Source: Hypanus sabinus
Taxonomy: Eukaryota
Assembly (NCBI RefSeq): GCF_030144855.1
Contig: NC_082731.1
Location: 23,932,001 to 23,996,000, forward strand
Direction: 5' to 3'
DNA length: 64,000 bases
Positions 38,062-52,150 of the stretch are shown in pieces; the stretch's first letter is position 1, and each line of letters begins with the position of its first letter. A program made the position numbers and the translations under genes. The notes below the pieces were generated by a model. The model was not told the origin of the DNA. It ran no database searches and was given only the letters and a program-made list of their open reading frames with translations.

Positions 38062-38859
38062 GTGTGCGTGTGTGTGTTTACACACACACACATATTTATA
38101 TAGTCAGATATATATTCTGCAAAACTGGGCACTTTTTTTCAGGAATTGATACGAGTTGATAGGTAAAGAGGAACAGCTGAATCGTGTATACCATAATTAT
38201 ATATATAGTCCAATATTAGCCAAATCTTTTCTTGTTTATTTTGCTATTTCTCTTTCTTTTGTTATTTTAGTGTTCTCATTTCCAGTCAGCAGATTTGAGT
38301 TTTTCTTAACAGGAGCCATTGCACTTCTCCATCGTTAAAGTTGAACACTATATTGTGTGTTTGTTTTCAAATATTTCATTCAAAAATATTGCTATAACAT
38401 TCATTGTTGTTTGGAAAAAATTGTAAATAATTTATATGATGATAAATATTTAGTATGTAGTTTCTATTGTTGTTCCAGAGTCCAGGTATTCTCTTAGCAT
38501 GACGTCAAAAATGAGGATAAATTTGCTGTAACCAGAATTCTGGCAATAGCATTCTGCAGAGGAATTATTGTAAGGATGTCGAACAGTTGTTGAAATAATT
38601 CAATTGTTATGAATCCCTATGGTTCATATTTTCTGTGGACTGCCACTTTAAAATGATCGAGTTTTTATTAAGAGAAAGGGGCGAAGAATGCTCGGAAGAT
38701 TGATGACATGTTTTATCGGCAGTTTGTTTACATTTTCACAAGGACACAGCCTGCTTGTAAAACTCTTACAGAGAGTGGAGGAGGTTATAGGTTGATAGAC
38801 AGCTGGTGTCCAACATGTGGTGATAAAGTACCAGGTCCGCTGATACTGAGAGACAGACG

Positions 38860-39935
38860 GATATACTTTATTGATCGCGGGCAAAATTGGGGTTATTTGC
38901 AGTTGCACCAACCAAGAATAGAAACGAAATATAGCAAAATTAAAAAAAAGAATTAAATAATAACAGGAAAATAATGCCAAGTAGAAACAAGCCCAGGACC
39001 AGCCTATTGGCTCAGAGAGTCTGAAGACGAGGGGGGTGTTGTAACGTTTGATGGCTGCAGGCAGGAATAACATCCAGTGACGCTCTGTGTTGCATCTCTG
39101 TGGAATGAGTTTCTGTCTGAATGTACTCCTATGGCTGACCAGTACATTATGCAGTGGATGGGAGATATTGCCCAAGATGTCTTGCAACTTGGACAACATC
39201 ATCTTCTCATACAGTGCCGTCAGACAGTATTTTTCACAACCCCCCCCCCCCATCATCATTGACCTTGCGAATGACATTGTTGATTCTGTTCGAGCCTGCT
39301 ACCTTCAGCCTGCTGCCCCAGCACACGTAATAGCACTGACCACGACAGACTCTTAAAACACCCTCAATATCGACCGGTAGATCTTAAAGGACCTCGTCTT
39401 CCTCAGGAAATAGGGGCGACTTTGACCCTTCTTGTAGACATCCTCAGTGTTGATTGACCAGTCCAGTTTATTGTCAATTCGAATCCCCACGTACTTGTTA
39501 TCCTCCACCATGTCCACTCTGACCCTTTGGATGGGAACAAGGGCCGCCTGTGCCTTGCCCCTCCTCAGGTCCACGAACATATCCTTAGTCTTTTTCACAT
39601 TAAGCTGCAGATGATTCTGCTCACACCAGGCGACAAAGTCTCCCACCGTAGCCCTGTAATCAGCCTAATCTCCCTTGCTGATGAATCCAAGTATGACAGA
39701 GTCATCAGAAAACTTCTGAAGATGGCAAGTCTCTGTGCAATAGTTGAAGTCCAAGGTGTAGATGGTGCAGAGAAAGGGAGACAGGACAGTTCCTTGTGCA
39801 TCCCCAGTGCTGCTGGCCACACTGTCTGACACACAGTGTTGCAAGCGCAGATACTGTGGTCTGCCAGTCAGGTAATTCATAATCCATGACACCAGGGAAG
39901 CATCCAGCTGCATCACTGTCACATGCGACACAGAG
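38860..39935 (-). mobile_element. Rex1-like LINE fragment inserted in the 5' LTR
   Basis: QGTVLSPFL..YTLDFNYCTETCHLQKFSDDS and KKGQSRPYFLRK. The LTR sequence resumes on both sides, as shown by the uninterrupted 3' LTR. Confidence 0.85.
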
Positions 39936-42580
39936 AGGAACATGGTTTTTGACATTGGACGAGCTTTGTTGCACCCAAAGGAAGGTAATGCTTTTGGAGT
40001 ATCGATTCGGGGAACTTTGATAAGTGGTTCTCGCAGTGTGTAAAGGATTAACCGGTAGGGAATTATTTGTGTGTCCACCGTTGCCTGTGTGATAATTCCA
40101 TCACTGAAGAACGGTCGCATATGCTATCGACACAGTCGGTGACTTCAACAGGATTTCAGAGTACAACGGGGATTTCCTAAGTCAACGGGAAGATCGACGA
40201 CATCACCTCTCACCTCTCTCTCTCGATCAAACGCTACTCAGCTAACTACCTCGATGTGAACTGAACACTCTTCATCATCGTAAGACTATAACCATTTTGT
40301 CCTATGTTTGAAAGAGCCTAATTTTGTTCCTTTTTCCACACTTCTGTACACATAGATATCTTTGCTAACCTGTGTAATATATCTGCATTTACATTAATGT
40401 ATTGCGTAGATACTAATAAGCACTATTAGTTATTCATGATACCACACTCCAATGAGTTTTAAATTTCTGCTGGTTCCTTAGCCCGTTACGGAGTACGTGA
40501 CAAAATTGGGGCCAGCGTTCGGGATTTGAACAAATTGCGTGGGGGTTTGTTTGAATTGGTCGGCGAAAAAAACACTTATTTGATAAGGTTGTGTGGAAAA
40601 AAAAACAAAAGAAATGGATGTTGAGGGTTTTCTGGAAAGACCAGCTCCTGAGGGCATAAAGAAAGCTAAAAACGATGACTTGAGGGAAGTTGTAAAAGCA
40701 TTGAAACTTAGGGAGTCACTGACTGAACTGTATTTCAAAGGTGGTACTCCGAGTGCTAATAGTAGAGCAATATGTTTCTATGAAGCACTCTAGTGAAGAG
40801 GAGTTAGAAACATTTCCTCTAAAGATCCAGTTGCGACTGAAAAAGAAGGGGCTACAGAGACTTAAATTAATGGGAGAAGAGACAGAAAAACAGAGATAAG
40901 AAGCAGAAAAAAAACGCAGAGACAGTTCGAGAGGGAAGGGTGGCAGCGACAAGATCAACTGGCAGGTAGGACTAAGGAGCGGTTGTAATTGAAGAATTTC
41001 TGAAGTATGTTTCCGAGGATGTAAGGACATTCCGAGATGAAATGGATGCCGCTACCTTGTAGGAGTCTGCTGGGTTGGCACCCGAGTTTGCTTTAACCCA
41101 CAAGGTTGAGTTTACTCCGAAAGAGAGTATCCGAGAGAACAGCTGAGACGATCCGGGAAAACTGAAATTTGAAGGTGGGACTGATATTGAAAGCCTTGAA
41201 GAGGCTCCTGTCCCGTTTGACTATGTTTAGGTATTTGAAGTCCCTGTGAATTCACAGCGTTCTGAACCTTGTGGTGAAACTCAGTTAAGGTCTGAGGTGG
41301 CTGACTTGGTGGAAGAGGAATGCAGTCCATTTGAGTCAGATGGGCTTGGTTCCGTGCGTCAGGGGTTAACCTTAGTCCAGTGGAAAATGTGGACTCTCAT
41401 TCACTTGTGTTAGAAGCTTTTCTAAATGTTACTGATGAGTTGAAAACTGTTGATGTGAATCTTATTGAAGATATTGGGAATACTAGTGTTCCTGGTCTTT
41501 TGAATAAAATACTTGTGAATACTGGATTGTTTTCAAGACCATTGACTGTCCTGAGAGAAACAGCTCTCTCTGATTTTGAGACTGTACATGCTGATTTGTT
41601 GAATTATATTTTGGAATTTAAAGATAAGCAACTTGTTGATGTTGTTCAAGTTTGTGATTTGGAGAGAGCATATGCAGATGTAATTATGGAAACATTTGAA
41701 AATAAATATCTTGGAAATAGAATTAATGACTTGTTTGGAAATTTGATGAAGGAGTTGGTACCTGGGGAGGGTAAAGTTCAGGTCGACCTTGAAAGCCTTC
41801 TTCGATCTGATTACGTGATGTTTAAATGTTCGATTTCGAAGGTGAAAAGGGAAAATGGTTGACCAAACGCCACTTTGAGTAACAGGATCTTGTTTTGCAG
41901 GAATCTGACTGTTTATGTGAGATAACATGTGAAAGATAAAGAGGATACCATGGTATACGCTGCTGTAATGTGGAACATGATAATCGTGTATGTATCGTTT
42001 TATATTCTGTAATGCACAAATAAAAAAATGCTCTTTATTCAAATTTTTGTTTTCTTGGAGTGAGGTGTTATGTACCCTAGAGTTCATATTTTGTGTAGAC
42101 TATCACTTTAAAATATTGGGAGAAGGAGACTGGCTTTTGGACACTGAGTTGTCATTAAGAGAGAGTGGTACGAAAAAGTGCTCGGAAGATTGAGGCTATG
42201 GTTTATCGGCAGTTTGTTTACATTTCTACAATGATAATGCCTGCTTGTAAAACTCTTACAGAGAGAGGGGGCCGGAGCAGACTGATGGACAGTTGGTGTT
42301 CAACATGTGGGGATAAATACTAGGACCGCTGATAAACAGACAGACACACGGTTTTGGACACTGAACAATTATTGTTGTACCCACAGGAAGTTGCTTTTTG
42401 TCGTAGGATCAATTCGGGGAAATCGATCAGAGGCTCTCGCAGTGTGAAAAGGTGTGACTAGAGGGGATTTATTTGTGTGTCCAACTTTGCCTGGGTGATA
42501 ATTCCATTACTGATGAACGGTCGCATGTGTTCCGGTCGCAGTTGATGACTTCGACAGGATTTTGGAAGACAACGAGAAGA

Positions 42581-42732
42581 NNNNNNNNNNNNNNNNNNNN
42601 NNNNNNNNNNNNNNNNNNNNNNNNNNNNNNNNNNNNNNNNNNNNNNNNNNNNNNNNNNNNNNNNNNNNNNNNNNNNNNNNNNNNNNNNNNNNNNNNNNNN
42701 NNNNNNNNNNNNNNNNNNNNNNNNNNNNNNNN
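42581..42732. other. Assembly gap (N run) inside the 3' LTR
   Basis: Run of n. Confidence 1.
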
Positions 42733-44149
42733 GACCTCGATCTGAACTGGCGTGCTGAGTTCTGCCAGCAATTTGTGTTATTATGAACTCATTTAATCAC
42801 CGTATATCCATTCACCCCTAGGTCTGAAAGACCTGTGTAATATATCTGCATTTATAATACCTTCTTGCTTAGTTACTAATAAACACTATTAGTTATTAGT
42901 AATACCAGACTCCAATGTGTTTTCATTTCTACTGATTCTTTAACCCGTCAAGGGAATCGTGACCGTATTTAATTTAACGCTTTTATGGGTGGCATGTTCA
43001 TTATCTACTTCTACAGAATTACTGTTCTCTTTAGTTCGCTTTCTTTCCTTCTTTCTACAACATTCTGCTTTATTTGAGTTAATATGTCGATATAATTTCA
43101 ATTATTTTATTTTACTCTAACTATGTTGATCTGCTGTTGGTAGTGTATTTACATATGAATTATATTCTTCTGGAAACATTTGATGACTTTTTTCTAAGAA
43201 TTATTTCCAGATAGCTTTAATTTCCTTTGCTCCATAATATGAAGGCATTACTAATGTGTTTATTTTTATTATGTCTTTCTTCTCTGATCTGCTTCAGTGG
43301 TATGATCTAAAGTAGACTTCCACTGAAAACTACCTACCGTGGTTGAAGCCTCCGTTGTTGCTGAGTTACGTTGAATGTTGGTTGTATATTTTTCGTTGTT
43401 TGCATGATACCCGGTGCCTGTCCTCCTAGTCAGTTGTGCACCCCAAACGGTTTGTTTTCTTTAACGCCCAGCGCCAGCTACGGGTGTACGTTGGCGATCT
43501 TCTTTCAGCGCTATAGTGCTCTATTCCGCTCACGGCTATCCATACTTAAAGAGTTTTTGTATATATATCTATATATATCTACAGGCAGGTTTTAGTTTCA
43601 TTCGACACGAACATGAAGAACAGACGTTCATTAGAGAGCCGCCCAAATTACTTATAAACGAGCCTACATTTATTTTTACGTTTCGTTCAGTGGAGGGGTA
43701 TTGATTTCCTCGCTGTCCTACATGTAAATAGAACGCTCTCCAATGTGAATCAGAGGCCTCATCTCAGGGAGGAAAAAAACTCATTCCGTAATGCCCTCGT
43801 TCCCGATTTCAAAGGCGTAAATTCTTATAAAATTAAATGGAAATCTACCTACGTGCCAGTTGTCAAAATCATATCCTTCGGAATACTATCTATTAATGGA
43901 ATAAAATTGGACTGAGAGGCAAGGACTTGGAAACGCTAAACGTAAAACAATGCAGTAAATCAATTCCACAGCGAACATAGCTAAAATTTGTCATATTGCA
44001 GAAGTGTGATCAGTGTCCGCCTTTAATCAAGAAGTGGAAGTACAACAAGATAATCTGACATACCGAAGTGTGGGCGTGGAAGAGAAAGGTTTACACGCTT
44101 GTTCTTAATACACTGTGACATTCGTTCAATGTGCTATTACCCCTAATAC

Positions 44150-45470
44150 GACAGATGGCGTATATGGCAATCATGTAATGCTTATCAAGCTGACTCGGCT
44201 AAAATCCCACAAAATGTTCCGGCATGAATCGTGTGTGCTGTTTTATGCCTGGTAATACATTGCATAGATGGTTTTGAGCCTGTTATACATTGGCCTGCGA
44301 TAGACTGTTCATTTGCTCCATCCCATCCCAGAAGGAGATTCGGGCATTCAACATACTCGCCAGGACATATTTGTAAACGTTTTCTAATGTTTAGTTGACA
44401 AACTAAAGGTCCTCGTATCACTCAAGAACTTTAGTTGCTTTATTGACTTCGCTGTAGCTACATCAGTATGTTGCGTTCAGTGTAGGTCCTCAGAGATATT
44501 GAGACCCAGGTACCTGTCATTGCTCACTCTCTCCATTTCTGATTACTCTATGAAGATTAGTTTTTTGTTCCCACATTTTACCCTGTTTGCAGTAGGCAAT
44601 TAGTTATTTTGTATTGTTGAAGTCCAGTACAATTTTGCTGCTGCGACTTCGGTCAACTCACTGGTATATCTCCCTGATGTACGTTCTTTCGGCACTATCT
44701 AAAATGCCTATAATGATTGCATCATCAGCAACCTTTTGCATCGTATTTGGGTTCTATGAATATATTTGCTACTCATTCATTCTGTAGAGTGAGTAGATCT
44801 CAGAATAGAGAACACATCCCGGTTTTGATCCAGCGTCGATTGTCAGCATGTGGAACTGTTATTTCTAAACGATACAGATAGTGGGCTTCAGGAATGAAGT
44901 GCTGGATCCGATTACAGAGAGAGTTAAAGAGAATTATGTGCAGTACACTTTTCGATCAGCGCTGTAGATAAGATTGTGCTAAATGCTCAGCTGTCATCAA
45001 TAAACAGCATCATGTCACAGGTATTAACCTTGTCCAGGTGATGACACGATTGCGTAGAGACTCATAAAGATCGCGTCCTCTATTGATTTATTGCCACAAT
45101 TGATAAATTGATCTGACAATAGGTTCCAGACGATACGGGTGATGATTAAAGTCAGGAATAACCTGACTTAAAATCATAAAATCTGAACGGGTTCTCCAAG
45201 GCGACAGTCGTTCAAGAAGCTGTTGCCCATTTGAAGCGCGTGGACAATTCTGCCAGAACATTGAAGGATGCAAAGCGTCGTCGATTAATTCCAGCAGTGG
45301 TGTAACGGAGATCAGTATCTTACCATGTGCTGAAACGTTTCCTGTGGGGTTGCAACATTTGAAGACTTTCAAGACAGCCTAAACTGTGCCAAAATAAACA
45401 GATTAGAGGATCACCGATTGTTGCAGGATCCGCATAGCGTTAGCATTATTCAAAGCTAGCATAAAGATGC
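44150..45470 (-). mobile_element. Degraded Rex1-like LINE
   Basis: Minus-strand VADDAII motif and 'gtacctgggtctcaatatctctgaggacct' remnant, similar to the other Rex1-like copies. Confidence 0.6.
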
Positions 45471-47383
45471 TGTATTGTCTGATACTGAAGTACAGTCTGC
45501 ATTCATGACGTTGGGCTTTTCCTGTTAACGACCTAATGGCTGGCAAGACCTGGCAAAGTTGAGGGGCATCCGATGTCACTTGCAACGTCAACGGAATTGG
45601 ATTTTTGCCTGTGCAGATCGGTCTCCGCCTTTGATACATGGCTTTGCTATACAGACCTGTCGCCAGACATATATCCGACAGACCCAGTACCAAGCAGTCT
45701 CCGAACCTCCTGCTCCATTCACACCTTTTGATTTGGAGTTTTTCCATTAAATTCTGTTTGCATATACCGATGCACAATCAGTATCAGAGGGCATCTACCT
45801 TGGTCAAAGTGTTATCGTGTAATAGTCGATTTAATATAGCCTGCTCATGCGGGTATATATAGATCAGAGACGATATTTCGAAGGTAAACTCATACATGAG
45901 TTACTGATCAGGTCTGGAGTGGAGAAGACGCGGGCTACGACGTGTCACGCGTTGGGCAAAGACCGGCCTGAAAGGTTAATTCGTTCCTTACTAGACGTTC
46001 GGGAAAACATCGATATCGGGGTAAAAAAATGGCCTAATCTAGACCCTAAATCTTGAAAGGGGCCGGTGTGTTGTAGTTAGGGAACCGAAGGATCATCGCC
46101 GTGTAGGTTCAGACCATACCCTTCCTTGAATATGGTCCGAACTCGGATGATGATGTATCTGCTGCCCTTCGCAATTTCTCCAATAATTGATGAGGAGATT
46201 CCCAACCTTTCTCACGCCGAGGTGGGTGAAATGGGCGGAAGTATCACTGGGGATATGGGTATGCATTATGAAAATATCGGCAGTCTGGACTCTAAAGTAA
46301 CAGGACATCAGAGTGCGTTCAGCCAAGTGACGATGGGACCGGGATTATCGGGTGGCAGGAGTAATAGACGAGGAGAGGTCTGTCAAATAGATTGGAAAGA
46401 TTCCAGGAGTGTCTAAAAATGAAGCTATAAATGTTGGTTTACGGAATTCCCAAAGAGTCATGAAACCTCCAGAGTGACTGCCCAATGTCGCACCCGAGGA
46501 ACATACAATGGCTCCTATCCCCTTGGTGAGCTCTGCCACTGATATTTACCCCTATGGTAGACGTTCTGCTTTTGTATGAAGGTCTGAAAAATTATTTCAA
46601 TGTCATAAGGACATGGCAATTTTATTGGGGGGAGCGTTTCTACTGTTAACGTAATGTTATTTTCCTGTTGATGCAGTGTTTGGGTTATAGTGAGAGATAA
46701 TGATAATGTTGTAATATGAACTGTGCCAATCGTTAGGCCACGGAAGGAGAGACTAGACGGTAAGGGCAACCAGTCGTCGGATTGGAACCGCTGGGAATCT
46801 TAACTTAATCGAACAAGATTCTGCAATCGACTGAGGATCGGGGAATATGACATTTGGAAGTGCTCAGTTCCAACGTGTGCACAGGCGATTGTTTAGTACA
46901 AGCGCCTTTTTCATTTTCTTTTCTTTGCTAACCGTTTTGTTGAGATACATCAATGAATTTATTTAATCCGATACTATGCCTTCACTGTCATTTCTTAGCA
47001 CTCAATTTTGTAACAGGGTGGCGAATTACACAACACCCTCTCAAACCGGGCATTGGATTGCCAGAACGTTCTTAATCTCACGGGTTTGACGGGCCAGTAA
47101 ATTTATTCACTAAATTGGCAAAGCCCAGGAAACCTGCCATCTTTTATCTGTAATACCATACCTATATTGTGCTAAATAATGCATATAATTCTTCAGAGAG
47201 AAAATATAATGCTTATACAGTTGCTGAAAATATGCTGAACTAAATATAATATAAGGGTTGATGAATTTTCGCTTTAGAGATCAACAATTTGATTTGGAAC
47301 GACTCCCTCTTTGCCGATCTGTGCTGTATATTTCCCGAATGACAGCTTCTCCTGATAACACATTACTGGAGATATCGGGGGAG

Positions 47384-47422
47384 GGTTTTTGCTCAGACAC
47401 TGCAACTCTGATCATCAGAGTG
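47384..47422 (-). other. 23-spacer RSS of the TCR V pseudogene
   Basis: Minus strand CACTCTG, 23 nt, GCAAAAACC. Confidence 0.85.
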
Positions 47423-47726
47423 AACATCAGAGCACAATACTATGCAGCCGAATCCTTGATTAGTAACCCCGTGATGATAAAAATATATTTCAGAATTCAT
47501 TTCTATAAATCAGCAGCCCATCTGCTCCGGAATTCTGAGCTTAATGAACAAAACTAGTCCTAATTCTTCAATATATTTCCCGGCGATTCTCTGTGTAGTT
47601 GCATATAAACGAAAAGAGGTTCAACTGCAGATCTCCCGGAGTAGCAGTATTTTAGTTTTATTTTCTGCCTTTCCTAAATCACTAATGCAACTGCATTCGG
47701 AAACACCGACTCTTGCTCAGAGGCTC
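47423..47726 (-). pseudogene. TCR V alpha/delta pseudogene (not in the ORF track)
   Basis: One frame reads ASEQESVFPNAVALVI*ERQKIKLKYCYSGRSAVEPLFVYMQLHRESPGNILKN*D*FCSLSSEFRSRWAADL*K*ILKYIFIITGLLIKDSAA*YCALM. V-set spacing is preserved with 6 stops, the acceptor is mutated (CTACAT instead of CTACAG), and an RSS is adjacent. Confidence 0.85.
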
Positions 47727-48009
47727 ATGTAGTAAAATATAATATAAGTAAGCAGTCTGGGGAGGATCTACATCACGCCATGGATAATGACAATCAACGT
47801 CACATATCCAACTGACAGAATATGGTTATCAAGAAACAGCAGACGGAGGCAAGCCTTTTAATCTGGAGAAGGCGCTGGGAAAAAGACAAACAAACAAACA
47901 ATATCCGTCCCTCTTGTGTGCAGTGTGTGCGATAATTGCTTAGTAGAGTAGTCAGCATACTGTACATGCAATGGGGTGCTTCTGTAGCGCATGACTGGCT
48001 AATTCCTCA

Positions 48010-48490
48010 TTGGAAATACTAATGGAAGAAACCTTATATAACGATCTTGTTTGGGAGAATTCTACTGCCATGATGATGTCAAACTCAGATTGGAGGAGCA
48101 GCGCCTCATATACTATCTAGGAAGTTTCCAGCACCTTGGTATGAACATCCAATTCTCCAACTTCAGGTAATTCCCTCCCTCTCCCTTCCTTCATCCCAGT
48201 TTTACACTGTCTATCACCTCACTCATGATTCTGGCTTATTCTACAACCCATAGTGCTTTCCCCTTAGATTACTTCATGAACTCTCCTGCCTACCCTCTCC
48301 CTTCTTCCCCTCTCCCATCCCTTTATCTTTCTTATGCTTGGTGTTCCACACACCACCTACCTCCTTTATGGGGCCCCTGTCTCCTACTTCTTCAGTATTG
48401 AGGAAGGGTCCCGGCTCGAAATGTTGACTGCACCTGTCATCGGATGCTGCCCGACTTGCTGAGTTCATCCATCTTGTTTGTACGTGCTGT
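48010..48490 (+). mobile_element. Penelope-like 3' fragment / short repeat
   Basis: 'aaactcagattggaggagcagcgcctcatatac..ggtatgaacatccaattctcc' and tail 'gaagggtcccggctcgaaatgttgac..gatgctgcccgacttgctgag'. The tail recurs at ~56135-56240. Confidence 0.7.
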
Positions 48491-50034
48491 TTGCTAACAT
48501 TGTTTGCTGGTCCGCTCCCTTCACTTTTTCTCTCTCTTCACACTAACTCTCACACGGTCCCTTTTACTTTACCGTTCTCCCTTTTTTCTCTGTCTACCTT
48601 TATTTGTCTTTCTATCTCTGTATCTCTATCGTTCCAACGAAGATAAATTATCTCTCAACCCGTCAGATTCCTGAGTTCTCGTTATCCTCTCTGACAGCTT
48701 GGAACTTTATATATTTTTCCAATATCCAGTCGTTGCTATTTTGGTTTACTTTTTGCATTCAGTGTTCGCAAACTCGAACATACACACATAAACACTGACA
48801 TACCCGCGGAAGTGGTTCGCCTAGGTAATGATTTTTTTTTTTCTCTAAGGTCAGGATCTCGCAAGACTGTTGAACCTTTGCACACCGAAACGCGCAAACA
48901 TAGAACATTTACTGACTCAGCAAGGAAGCAAGCCAGCGAGTGTTCAACAACAGTCTTAAAGATAAATATTTGAGAGACACGAAACGGCAGTTGTATTTCC
49001 TTTGAATTGATGTAATATTCCATATTAATATAATGTTGCTCCGATAGCATTGCTAAAGTTTTAAGGACAGCAAAGGACAGCCAAAAATTCCTGTTTATTT
49101 CACACACACTAGAAGTCACAGAATCACTGAATTACCAACAAGTAGACGCAACAAGTCTAACGAGTCCTAAAAAAGACGGCACGACGTTGCAGGACCTTAT
49201 TTCAACCAGGTATCCAGCTTATCAACAAAGGTCAGAGCGCTGTAATACCAAAATTATCTCTGCATATCAAACGTTAAATATTTGTAGTTAATGTATGCTC
49301 CGTTTATAACGTTTTATTTGAGATTTATTACGGAAGGTTGTGCTAATTGTTAATTTCTCCAGTTTTGTCCTGCAATATTTCAGTAATGGAAGTATTGTTC
49401 TGTATTTTACGCTTGGCACCGAAACTCAATAGATTCTGGTGCTGTAAACGTATTGACAATAGAACGATTCTGAATTGCCTCTCGAGGTCGAGCTGCCGGT
49501 AAAGAGTTAGAGGTATCTTATTTCAAGCAGCTAAAACAAGTCAACATTTAGGCAGCAGAACCTGACAAACCAAGAATGAAATATTCCTGCTCAAGTTGAG
49601 TACGGTCATGATACAGATGCAAGTCTGATTTGCTTGAGAGAGAGTAAGTTGGGAGGGAACCATTTAAGGGGCGGAGAACTCAGAACATGCTAGGTCAAAT
49701 ATTTCTGAAACAGAATCACAGGTCAGTAAAACGCTAAGCACCCAACATATAAGAGATATGGGAAACTTTATTCTCCGCAGCTGCTAGTTACGTGAGAAAT
49801 GCATTTCAATGTTGGTCCTTACACATCGTGTTAGAGAATTAGAGTTGGAGCTTCACGACTGCCGCTTCCTCAAAATAATTGAGAACGTGATCGATTTTAG
49901 CGGGAAAAAAGTAGTCATTGATAAGGTGCAAGAGATATGATGTGGCTGGGTAACTGCAATTGAGGGTACAGTCTGGGAAAGAATCCTGGTTTTTGCTGAG
50001 ATCGTTCGAATCAATAACAGGGACAGCGTTTTAT

Positions 50035-52150
50035 CCATATAATCATTTAACAATTACAGCACGGAAACAGGCCATCTCTGCCCTCCTAATCTGTGGCGAA
50101 CTCTTACTGTCACCTGGTCCCACTGGCCCGCACTCAGCCCATAATCCTCCATTCCTTTCAAGTCCATATAACTATCCAGTTTTAACTTAAATGTCAGTAC
50201 CGAACCTGCCTCTACCACCTCTACTGGAAGCTCGTTCGACACAGCCATCACTCCCTGAGTAAAGGAATTACTCCTCGAGTTACCCTTAAACTTTTGCCCC
50301 GTAACTCTCAATTCCTGTCTTCCTGTTTGGATTTTCCCTTCTCTCAATGTAAAAAGCCTATCCACGTCAACTTTATATATCCCGCTTATATATTTATATA
50401 CATCTAGTACTGAAACCCGGGTAACATTCTAGTAAATCTTCTCTGTACTCTAACTATTTCGTTGACATCTTTCCTACAATTCGGTGACCCAAACTGTAAA
50501 CAATACTCCAAATTCGGCGTTACCAAAGCTTTGTACATTTTTATATTATATCCCAACTACTAGACTCAATACTGTGATTTATAAAGGCCAGCATACCAAA
50601 ACATTTTTTAACAAACCTTTCCAAATGAGATTCCACCTTCAGGGAACTATGCTCCATTATTCCTAGATCAATCTGATCTACTGCATTCCTCAATGCCCTA
50701 CTATTTACCATGTATGTCCCATTTGGATTATTCCTTCTAAAATGTAGCTGCTCACACTTATCAGCATTAAACTCCATTTGCCATCATTCTTGTAACTGGC
50801 CTAAATCTCTTTGCAAGCTTTGAAAAACTACTTCATTATCCACAAATTCACCTGCGTTAGTATCATCTGCAAACGTACTAATCCAAATTACCACCCCATC
50901 ATCCAGATCATCAACGTATATGAAAAACAACTTTGGACACAGTACAGATCCCTGAAGCATACCACGAGTCACCGGCCTCCAACCTGACAAACAGTTATCC
51001 ACCACTACTCTCTGGTATCTCCCATCCAGCCGCTGTTGATTCCTTTTTACTACTTCAATATTAATACCCAACGATTGAACCTTCCTAACTAACCTTCGGT
51101 GTGGAATCTTGTCAAAGGCCTTACTGAATTACATATAGACATCATCCACTGCTTTACACTCGACAACATTCCTCTTCACCTCTTCAAAAAATTCAATAAT
51201 ATTTTTCAAACTTGATCGTCCACGCACAATTCTTTGCTGTCTGTTCTAATCAGACTCTGTCTATACAGATAATTATACATAACATCTCTAAGAAAACTTT
51301 CCATTAATTTACGCACCACTGACGTCAATCCGATATGGCTCTAATTTTCCCGTTTAATCTTAGAACACTTTTTAAACAAATAAATTACATCAGCAATACG
51401 CCTGTCCTGTGAACTATCCTCATTTCAATTGACAATTGAATTATTTCTGTCAGAGCCACTGCTATTTCTACTTTAACTTCCCTCAATGTACTAGTGAATA
51501 TCCAGTCAGGACTCAGAGATGCATCTACTTTTATATTCCTAAAAAGGCCAGTACTTCGTCCTTTTTAATCGTAATCGTTTCCGTAACTTCCCTACTTGTT
51601 TCCCTCACTTTACACGATTCAATATCCTGCTCCTTAGTGAATACCGACGAAAAGAAATTGTTCCAAATTCCTCCCATCTCTTTCGGCTGCACACATAGCT
51701 GTCCACTCTGATTCCCTAAGGGACCAATTTTGTCTGTCACTATAGATTTGCTTTTAATATAACTGCAGAATCACGTCGGATTTATTTTCACCTTAACTGC
51801 CAAAACAACCCAGTATGTTTTTTTAGCTTTTCTAATTTCATCTGAAGATTCTTCTTACATTCTTTATATTCCTCGAGAACCTCATTTACCCTTGATGCCT
51901 ATATTTATTCTAGATATCTCTCTTTTTCCTAACCAAGTTTCTAAGATCCCTTGACAACCATGGCTTTCTCAAACGTTTAACCTGTTCTTTCAACTTAAAA
52001 GGAACATAAAGCTTCTGTACCCTCAAAGTGTCAGCTACAAATGACGTCCAGTTCACTATTACCTCCTTCCCATAAAACAAATTGTCCCAAACAACTCCTT
52101 TTAAATCCTGCCGCAACTCCTAAAAGTTGGCCGTTCTCAAATCAAAAATT
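50035..52150 (-). mobile_element. Degraded CR1 LINE (ORF2 fragments, same subfamily as 30721-35027)
   Basis: DRLFTLREGKIQTG, MEFNADKCE, QGSVLCPKLF..FADD and DKIGPLGNQSGQLCVQPKEMG, with internal deletions. Confidence 0.88.

Larger units (their letters stand above)
38605..42964 (+). mobile_element. Gypsy-like LTR retroelement without pol (5' LTR 38605-40502 interrupted, internal 40503-42065, 3' LTR 42066-42964)
   Basis: Both LTRs begin TGTTATG and end CGTGACA/CGTGACC, and are similar along their length. A tRNA-Pro-like PBS TGGGGCCAGCGTTCGGGAT lies at 40507-40525, a purine tract precedes 42066, and a gag-like remnant reads MDVEGFLERPAPEGIKKAKNDDLREVVKALKL. No TSD was recognised. Confidence 0.78.

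Noticed and set aside
44111-44117. Isolated CACTGTG heptamers (also 55226, 57084, and CACAGTG ~3522)
   Set aside because: No nonamer at a legal spacing and no coding segment adjacent.
46090-46770. Minus-strand ORF fragments with a vague retroviral env-like composition
   Set aside because: No diagnostic motif (furin site, ISD, CX6CC) could be identified by eye; a profile search is needed.
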